A program made the position numbers and the translations under genes. The notes under the pieces are model-generated. The model was not told the DNA's origin, made no database searches, and was given only the letters and a program-made list of their open reading frames with translations. 64,000 bases of DNA from Candidatus Omnitrophota bacterium. Its GTDB lineage: Bacteria; Omnitrophota; Gorgyraeia; Zapsychrales; Zapsychraceae. Position 1 is the stretch's first letter. Every line of letters starts with the position of its first letter. The stretch covers positions 282,980-346,979 of the forward strand of contig JBFWOS010000002.1 of assembly GCA_050250375.1 (NCBI GenBank), given 5' to 3'. Shown here in pieces: positions 57,493 through 64,000 of the stretch.

Positions 57493-59571
57493 ATGCATTT
57501 ACGGTTAATCTTAACCAGTTTCATATTTTTTATGATCGTTGTTAAATCCGGTGATGCGGAAATTATCAAGATCCCCATTCCGGACCAGATTCAGTCGTTT
57601 ATGGATGAACGGCATTATAACCCGGCTGAGATTGACACGCTTTCCCTTCCGCCGAATACAAACAGGGAAGAAACTTATTTCATCGATGGAACGAACGGGA
57701 ATGACGAGTGGAACGGCCTGTTTCCGCGACACACCCATGGGAATAACGGACCGTTTAAAACAATTTCACGAGCGTCGGGGCGTTATGATGCGCATAAGAC
57801 GGGTGAACGGATATTGATAAAATCCGGATATTATAGGGAGGGGTTTGGGATCGGAAATTTAACCGGCCCACTCGATGAATTACATTATAATTCCTGGGGG
57901 CCTTATGGAGACGGCGAGGTTGTGATTGATGTCAGCCAGACTCCGGGGCTTGATGAATTTACGCAGTTCAACAATCAGGTGTGGAAGGCTGCGGTTAACA
58001 AGAAATGGCCGGGGTTTCCCGTCAGCAGTGTCTATTGGGCGGTGATGGACTGGGACCACCGGTCCTGCCGGCAGGCGATCGGATATAAAGGGAGCGACAA
58101 CGGGGGCACTAAAAACAGAGCCACGTCTCTGGTCGATAGCACCAAAGATTTTAAACAATATAAAAAAGAAGCCGGGTCCGGCCTGACGGATTTTATCGGA
58201 GCTTACATCTGGAATATTACAGACGGGTCCTGGGGTGTGGTTAGTTCAGTCACCACAACAAAAAACAAGAATGACACGTTGAATATTAAGAACGGATTGT
58301 CCGGCGGTAAAAATAATCTTTTTAACCCCGGAGATTCATATGCGGTTTATCAGCTTGACCGTGACGGGAAATTCGCCAATGTCGCAGATTCATTTTATAT
58401 TGTTTCCACTAAAGGAGAACCCCGCACCAGAAACTTAATCGCTAACAGTGGGGATTGGGACAATGCCTATGTTCCGATTTATTTGGAATCAAATCGGAAT
58501 TATTTTTATGGATTAACTATTGTTGGAGCTCCTTCCATTGGAATTATGACGGTGGGATTTGGAGGGCAACATACAATTTTTGAAAAATGCAGATTTTTGT
58601 TTACCGGAAAACATGCGACATCAGCTTTTGGAAACAATATTAAATCCATAAAATGGATTAAAAATTTCTTTTACGCGAACGTCATGATGAATTGGCCCAG
58701 GGGGAACACCTGGGGCGGAAACGGAGGGTGGCCGAATAATATCGGGGGAGGAGGTTCTCCCGAAACGGTGGCTTTAATTGAAGGAAATATAATTCTGAAC
58801 GGCGGCGGGGAAGGGCTGAATTCCGCCAGCGTCATAAAAGATAATATTGTCGTTGATAATTACAGTATGAATATTTACGCTGGGGACGGTCCGGTGATTG
58901 AGTCAGGGTATGAAATTTCTCATAATGATGTCATTTATACGGGGTACAGACCAGAAGATGCGCTGGAACGGTTTTATCTGGATGCGTCGTATAATGGCTT
59001 TCAACGGAATTATGTCAAGATGCATCCGAACGGAATTACTATCGCTTCGGAAAGAAGCGGAGGAGGGCATGCTCCTAAGGGGTTCAGGATCAAAAGTAAC
59101 AATATCATCGGATGCTGGAATGGAATTTCCGGTTATTTTGAGGTGCCCACGGCCGGATTTCAGAATTCTGTGATTGAGAATAATATAATCGTTGCCATGA
59201 CATCTCAGGATAGCCCGCCTTTATTGTATACAGAAAGTGCAGGGCTACAACTCCGGGCCAGAAAAGGGATAGATTTTAATACAGTCGTACGGAATAACCG
59301 GATTATAGGGGCAAACAATATGGACGGACATCACCAAATCATTTTAATTTACGGAAAAGATTATCCGGGTATTTCTGTCGATCATAATATTTATTCGTTT
59401 CCGGGAAATGATTCGTTCATGACGGATAGCGGGAAAAAGACGTTTGCCCAATGGAAGGCCTTGACCGGATATGACAAGAATTCTAAATTGACAGATGATC
59501 CGGGACTGGCAGGAAGGGACTGGACCGATTCTTCTAAAATCTTTAAACAGCATCTCCAGGTACGAGAGTAA
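57493..59571 (+). CDS. Secreted right-handed beta-helix protein (polysaccharide lyase/hydrolase-like fold)
   Basis: Signal peptide, YFID...GND...G....PFKTI, G.Y.E, repeated I.GN/NN.I turns, D.NS...DP C-terminus. Confidence 0.7.
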   Translation: MHLRLILTSFIFFMIVVKSGDAEIIKIPIPDQIQSFMDERHYNPAEIDTLSLPPNTNREETYFIDGTNGNDEWNGLFPRHTHGNNGPFKTISRASGRYDAHKTGERILIKSGYYREGFGIGNLTGPLDELHYNSWGPYGDGEVVIDVSQTPGLDEFTQFNNQVWKAAVNKKWPGFPVSSVYWAVMDWDHRSCRQAIGYKGSDNGGTKNRATSLVDSTKDFKQYKKEAGSGLTDFIGAYIWNITDGSWGVVSSVTTTKNKNDTLNIKNGLSGGKNNLFNPGDSYAVYQLDRDGKFANVADSFYIVSTKGEPRTRNLIANSGDWDNAYVPIYLESNRNYFYGLTIVGAPSIGIMTVGFGGQHTIFEKCRFLFTGKHATSAFGNNIKSIKWIKNFFYANVMMNWPRGNTWGGNGGWPNNIGGGGSPETVALIEGNIILNGGGEGLNSASVIKDNIVVDNYSMNIYAGDGPVIESGYEISHNDVIYTGYRPEDALERFYLDASYNGFQRNYVKMHPNGITIASERSGGGHAPKGFRIKSNNIIGCWNGISGYFEVPTAGFQNSVIENNIIVAMTSQDSPPLLYTESAGLQLRARKGIDFNTVVRNNRIIGANNMDGHHQIILIYGKDYPGISVDHNIYSFPGNDSFMTDSGKKTFAQWKALTGYDKNSKLTDDPGLAGRDWTDSSKIFKQHLQVRE

Positions 59572-59608
59572 TCAAGAATAAATATTTTTGTTACGCAAAC
59601 CGGGATAA

Positions 59609-59648
59609 AATAAAAAACCCTTACTCATAAGAGTAAGGGTTTTTTATT
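59609..59648. terminator. Bidirectional intrinsic terminator
   Basis: Perfect 18-bp inverted repeat AATAAAAAACCCTTACTC-ATAA-GAGTAAGGGTTTTTTATT between convergent genes. Confidence 0.9.
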
Positions 59649-59667
59649 GAATTGGAGTAGAAAAAAC

Positions 59668-60279
59668 TTATGCTAATTTTCGTCGGCGTAAACCTAAAGC
59701 ACCCATCATGCCGGAAACGAATAATAATGAAGTGGCCGGTTCAGGAACCACGGCTTCGCGTGTGACGATTTTGAATTTCACACCGTCATTCCAGTAATGG
59801 CAGTCAGGATCAAATCCGAAACCGATCCGACCGTCGTTTAATGAATAATTCTTTAAGGTAGCCAGCTGATCAGCCGTAAAGTTATACACATAATTTTCAG
59901 CCGGGCCGGGATAATCGTTCAGATCGGTAAAGGTATCAAGCAGGATATCGTCACCTGGCCAGCTGGCGAAATTATCACCGCCGCCCTGATTGTCTTCAAA
60001 TGTGGTGACTCCCAATGTTGCGGAATCCAATAAATGGATGTAGAGGATATCTTGTTCTACGGTCCAGTTATTGATATTTTTGATGGAAAGGGTTGCGCTG
60101 ACGATCTGCTGGTTGGCCGGAAGAAGCCAGTTAACGCCCCAAGTATAATATTTATAATGATCCAGGTCATACAAATCAGCCGGTGATGGTGTGAATGTAT
60201 AGATGGCTGCAAAGGCTTTATTCACAGCCACACCGGTCAGGATAACGGTTAATAGAATAATCACTAAGTTTTTTCGCAT
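59668..60279 (-). CDS. PEP-CTERM sorting domain-containing surface protein
   Basis: Signal peptide (AFA), C-terminal VPEP plus TM plus RRRK; GGAGG RBS. Confidence 0.92.
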   Translation of the reverse strand: MRKNLVIILLTVILTGVAVNKAFAAIYTFTPSPADLYDLDHYKYYTWGVNWLLPANQQIVSATLSIKNINNWTVEQDILYIHLLDSATLGVTTFEDNQGGGDNFASWPGDDILLDTFTDLNDYPGPAENYVYNFTADQLATLKNYSLNDGRIGFGFDPDCHYWNDGVKFKIVTREAVVPEPATSLLFVSGMMGALGLRRRKLA

Positions 60280-60315
60280 AGGTCAAACCTCCAATATTTA
60301 GTATACTTTTAAATA

Positions 60316-60332
60316 AGCAATTTTTATGCCAA
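60316..60332 (-). promoter_or_regulatory. sigma54 -24/-12 promoter of the PEP-CTERM gene
   Basis: Minus strand TTGGCATAAAAATTGCT (TGGCA..TTGCT, GG-N10-GC), about 37 bp upstream of the ATG. Confidence 0.8.
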
Positions 60333-60652
60333 CAACAAAATATAATTTAAATTGTTTAATTACAATATGTTATGGTAATTTATATATTTCTTCCATTTTA
60401 AAATGTTTAAAAAATACCCGATTTTGTCAAAGTTTTTCAACATCTAATTATATATTCGTTTATTAATTAATTCATAATCTGTGGATAACTGAGTTTATTT
60501 TTTGGTGTTTTATCATAAAAAGATGGGAAATGTGGTTATACGTAAAACCATTTTGAAAAATCAGATATTTCTGTTTGACTTATCTTGTTGTATCCCTGAT
60601 ATATTTGTGGCATACTTAGGTCTAAATTTGACTTGTAAGGAAAGTTGTTGTT

Positions 60653-62521
60653 ATGTGCGGAATTTTTGGGTTATTGCATCACCATTCGGATCAGCCTCCG
60701 GATACCGGTTTGTTAAATGTCTCGGCTAAAAAATTAAGCCATCGCGGCCCCGATAACCAGACTGTATTTACGGACAAAGGCGTCGGGTTTGTTCATACGC
60801 GGTTATCGCTGCTTGACCTGTCGGAACGAAGTAACCAGCCTTTTTTCAGCCGTACCAGATCCCATTGCCTGGTGTATAACGGCGAGATTTACAATTTTGT
60901 GGAAATTCGTGAAGAGTTGGAAAAAAAGGGGATTACGTTTCGTACGACCAGTGACACGGAAGTCGTGCTTGAGGCGATGCTGCATTACGGTTACAAAGAG
61001 GCCGTAAAACGCTTTGACGGAATGTTCTCGTTGGCCCTGTACGATTTCGCGGCTGAAACCCTGACCCTTGTCCGTGACCGGTTCGGGATCAAACCGTTAT
61101 TTTATTACGACCAGGATGACCGGTTTATCTTCGCTTCCGAATTATCGGCCCTGGTGCCGTGGATCAAACCTGAAGCAAATATACCGTCGATCATTTTCTT
61201 TATACAGGGGTTCGGCGGCCCGACCAAAGGACCGACTTTCTTACAGCATGTCCGCATTTCCGAGCCCGGAGAGATCATCACCGTTCAAAAAGGAAGGCGG
61301 GCCAGTTTTAAAACAGCGGTCACGATCACGGACCTGTATGACAAAGAGTACACACAGTCCCTGAGTACCCTGAGTCCCGGGCAGATTATTGACAAGGCCG
61401 ATGAACTTTTGTTTTCGTCCGTCAAAAAACAACTGGTGGCGGACGTTCCTGTCGGGGCGTTCTGCAGCGGAGGGGTTGATTCTTCGGTCGTCATGGCCAT
61501 GGCCAGCCGGCTCCATGGTGACCTGGCCATCTTTCACGCCAATGTTTTGGGAAAATACAGTGAACTGGACGCGGCGAAGATGCTGGCCGCGCATCTGAAA
61601 CTGGATCTGAAATTTATCGATACATCCGATCAGGATTTTATTACACTGATCCCTGAAATCATTCACCATTACAGTCATCCCTATGTTTATCATCCGAATT
61701 CAATCCCGTTTTATAAAGTGTCCCAGCTGGTCCGGCAAAACCGGATCAAGGCGGTTTTATCAGGGGAAGGGTCCGATGAATGTTTTATCGGGTATCCCTG
61801 GCTGATTCCCAACACCAAAGAAAATTTCAAAGGGATTTTCCGGCAGTCCCTGCTGTATTCGATCAAACAACTGGCCGACCGGCTGAGGGGGAAGATCCTG
61901 GCCGAGAAGAAAAATGATGATTCCGACAATATCCTCAATTTTCTGGAAGTCCGTTTGGGAGACATTAATATTCAGAATATGTTGTCGGAAAACAATACTC
62001 GGGAATTTGACAAAAAAGATATGATTACATTAAATCAGCTTCATTATCACCTGCGCACATTGCTGCATCGTAACGATTGCCTGGGGATGTCCTCCAGCAT
62101 TGAGTCCCGGTTTCCGTTTCTGGATCTCGGGGTGGTCAAATTTGCCGTCAACCTGCCGTATCAATACAAGGTCAGGTTTTCGCCGTCTTACCGGCATGAT
62201 ACGCATGAGTTCCTGGTGGATAAATGGATTCTCAGGTCCGTGGCCGCCCGTTATTTACCCAAAGGCCTCGCTTATCGCCGGAAAATAGGATTTCCGACCA
62301 ATGCCCAGTCCCGCATGAAAATCCCGCTGGAATTCTTTGAGAAGGCCTTTGTCTGCAGTCTATTTGACTTGTCGAAAAAAGAGTTTTCGGATTTCTACAC
62401 TCACGCCAGCCAGAATGTCAAACTCAAACTCATGCAGACAGAGATCTGGGCGCAGTTATTTATTCACCAAGTACCCATTGAAAAATTAAAAGACGATTTA
62501 ACAAAAAAAATAACGTACTAA
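60653..62521 (+). CDS. asnB: Second asparagine synthase-family amidotransferase
   Basis: MCGIFG, HRGPD, YNGEIYNF, RDRFGIKPL, SGGVDSS, SGEGSDE, E.R.PFLD, RRK.GF. Confidence 0.93.
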   Translation: MCGIFGLLHHHSDQPPDTGLLNVSAKKLSHRGPDNQTVFTDKGVGFVHTRLSLLDLSERSNQPFFSRTRSHCLVYNGEIYNFVEIREELEKKGITFRTTSDTEVVLEAMLHYGYKEAVKRFDGMFSLALYDFAAETLTLVRDRFGIKPLFYYDQDDRFIFASELSALVPWIKPEANIPSIIFFIQGFGGPTKGPTFLQHVRISEPGEIITVQKGRRASFKTAVTITDLYDKEYTQSLSTLSPGQIIDKADELLFSSVKKQLVADVPVGAFCSGGVDSSVVMAMASRLHGDLAIFHANVLGKYSELDAAKMLAAHLKLDLKFIDTSDQDFITLIPEIIHHYSHPYVYHPNSIPFYKVSQLVRQNRIKAVLSGEGSDECFIGYPWLIPNTKENFKGIFRQSLLYSIKQLADRLRGKILAEKKNDDSDNILNFLEVRLGDINIQNMLSENNTREFDKKDMITLNQLHYHLRTLLHRNDCLGMSSSIESRFPFLDLGVVKFAVNLPYQYKVRFSPSYRHDTHEFLVDKWILRSVAARYLPKGLAYRRKIGFPTNAQSRMKIPLEFFEKAFVCSLFDLSKKEFSDFYTHASQNVKLKLMQTEIWAQLFIHQVPIEKLKDDLTKKITY

Positions 62522-62523
62522 TC

Positions 62524-62571
62524 GTATAAATAGCATCAGAACTCCGCAAGTCCAAAACGACACTATTTTTT
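62524..62571. mobile_element. Isolated right end of the same IS/MITE as 63501-63698
   Basis: AAACGACACTATTTTTT (62555-62571) identical to 63686-63702; GTATAAATA at a matching distance upstream in both. Confidence 0.65.
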
Positions 62572-63186
62572 CGCCGGTGGGATACAGAATCGAGCATATA
62601 CCATTACCGCGCGAGGCAGTATGACCCTAGTATCGGCAGGTTTTTGCAGAGGGATCCGTTGGACTACATTGATGGAATGAATCTTTATACTTATGTTCAT
62701 AACAACCCAACTAATTTTACAGACCCAACAGGTGAAGCATGGTGGATACCAATTATTGAAGGTGCTTTATTTGCATATGATACTTATGGATTAATTTCAA
62801 CCTTTAGTGATCCGTGTGCAAGCGGTGCAGAAAAGGCTGCTGTTGGAGCAGCATGGACTGCTGGGGCTTTATCTTTTGGAGATGGGACTACTTTAGCGGC
62901 ACGAAGAGCAGCACAAGAAGCCGCTGAAAGAGCCTCTAGTCAATTTAGTAAGAAAATTACAAAACAAATAAGTGAAAGGGGCTGGACAAAAGAATCAATT
63001 CACTCTACGATATTAAATCCTACTCAAAGAAAGACTGCTATAAATAAAGCTACCGGCAATAAAGCAACTGCATTTTTTAGTAAAGATGGCTCATATGTTG
63101 TGAAAGATGATGTTACTGGTGACATAATACAAATTAGTGACAAAACTGACCCATTTTGGGTTCCAGATAGTAGCATTGGGAGATAA
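62572..63186 (+). CDS. Orphan Rhs C-terminal module with colicin E5-like ribonuclease toxin domain (5'-truncated)
   Basis: Frame reads RRWDTES.IY.YRAR.YDP.IGRF.QRDP..N.Y.YV.NNP....DPTG, then KI..Q..ERGWT...I, YVV..D.TG...QISDKTDP.WV.DS.I as in the colicin E5 RNase domain. Confidence 0.88.
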   Translation, partial: RRWDTESSIYHYRARQYDPSIGRFLQRDPLDYIDGMNLYTYVHNNPTNFTDPTGEAWWIPIIEGALFAYDTYGLISTFSDPCASGAEKAAVGAAWTAGALSFGDGTTLAARRAAQEAAERASSQFSKKITKQISERGWTKESIHSTILNPTQRKTAINKATGNKATAFFSKDGSYVVKDDVTGDIIQISDKTDPFWVPDSSIGR

Positions 63187-63191
63187 AAGTT

Positions 63192-63494
63192 ATGAAAAAT
63201 TTTAACAAGGTAGAGTTAGAATTTAAGGAGGTGGGAACGATAAGAGGGGGTATTTTATTCTTGCCATTGGATAAGGCTATCAAGATTGTCAATCGTGCTG
63301 AGCAAGAAGGAATTGGAATACTAGGTATAGATGCGTTTTATTTAAAAAGTGATAAAACACAACCTTCAATGGATGATTCAAAGGAGTTTAAATTTGAGGA
63401 CAACACAGATTATGATGAAGTAAGAACATTTCTTAAAAATAAGAGCGAGAATAAAGAGCTTTGGTTTGAGGTGGTTTTTGATGAGAAGGAATAA
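63192..63494 (+). CDS. Putative cognate immunity protein
   Basis: Small acidic ORF starting 5 bp after the toxin stop, same AT-rich composition; ILG.D motif loosely like Imm40-type proteins. Confidence 0.75.
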   Translation: MKNFNKVELEFKEVGTIRGGILFLPLDKAIKIVNRAEQEGIGILGIDAFYLKSDKTQPSMDDSKEFKFEDNTDYDEVRTFLKNKSENKELWFEVVFDEKE

Positions 63495-63500
63495 GAAAAT

Positions 63501-63698
63501 AATAGTGTCGTTTCTCGCAAAGTACTTAAATCTGGGTATTTATAAATAATTCAATTAAGTGATGACATATCGAAACGGCTTCAAGACCAGATCATGGAGT
63601 TATTACCCAAAAAACGAAAAAGAGGGAGTCCTCGAAATCGTGATTTGAATTTAGTATAAATAATTGTATAATCAAGACTTCTGAGAAACGACACTATT
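63501..63698 (+). mobile_element. 198-bp MITE-like internal-deletion derivative, probably IS5 family
   Basis: Perfect 16-bp terminal inverted repeats AATAGTGTCGTTTCTC / GAGAAACGACACTATT; internal frame DDISKRLQDQIMELLPKKRKRGSPRNRDLNLV resembles an IS5 transposase N-terminus. Confidence 0.72.
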
Positions 63699-63700
63699 TT

Positions 63701-64000
63701 TTATATCCATTTATGAATGAGCGGATGTTTGTTGAGACTGAACATTTTTGTGAGACGCTGCCTGTACGGTTGTAAAACTAACGAGAATACCAGATAAAGC
63801 CCATGGAGGGCTCCCCAAATGATAAAAGTCCAGCGGGCGCCATGCCAAAGCCCGCTGACTAGAAAGATGATCAGCAAATTACAATACCACCGGATTTTTC
63901 CTAAACGATTTCCTCCCAAAGGAATGTACATATAGTCTCGGAACCATGTGGACAAGGATATGTGCCAACGGCGCCAGAATTCTGCAATGGACTGCGAAAA
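63701..64000 (-). pseudogene. Second MBOAT O-acyltransferase (AlgI/DltB family), 5' part outside window, apparently 3'-truncated
   Basis: [45 protein letters not shown]; stops about 100 aa earlier than the paralog, right at the MITE end. Confidence 0.75.

Noticed and set aside
60480-60488. DnaA box TGTGGATAA suggesting a replication origin
   Set aside because: Only one box was noticed, with no cluster and no dnaA/dnaN context.
60502-60729. 75-aa ORF upstream of the second asnB
   Set aside because: TTG start in an AT-rich promoter region, overlaps asnB in another frame, no motif.
62644-62646. TTG at 62644 as the true start of the Rhs toxin ORF
   Set aside because: Rhs core homology extends upstream in frame to 62572, so this codon is internal to a truncated gene. 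Low-level initiation here cannot be excluded.

Overview
Bacterial chromosomal window from a diderm organism (secretin, outer-membrane beta-barrel, PEP-CTERM protein). The gene style is reminiscent of Omnitrophota/PVC-type genomes, but taxonomy cannot be fixed from this sequence. In order it contains: the 3' part of tRNA-Arg(ACG), a PAS histidine kinase, tadA and envelope-modification genes; a ~19 kb Wzx/Wzy exopolysaccharide locus (beta-barrel plus short OPX, Wzc, glycosyltransferases, AsnB, a GNAT/ATP-grasp fusion, PglC/PglE/PglF-like genes); ldhA; a small GIY-YIG gene next to tRNA-Ser(GCT); a MOT1 transporter, a TMTC-like TPR glycosyltransferase and tex; an envelope acylation/glycosylation island whose MBOAT gene has an in-frame stop; dnaX-recR; a HemC-CobA-HemD triple fusion and hemL; an orphan secretin, a beta-helix protein, a sigma54-type PEP-CTERM gene and a second asnB; and an orphan Rhs colicin-E5-like toxin/immunity cassette bracketed by IS-type ends, next to a truncated second MBOAT gene. 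The most unusual structure is the GIY-YIG/tRNA-Ser locus. About eight hairpins surround the tRNA, six of them in a shared GTCC^GAGAC frame (one or two bases vary) that resembles a tRNA T-loop, with compensatory base changes between copies. All product calls come from motif recognition by eye, not database searches.
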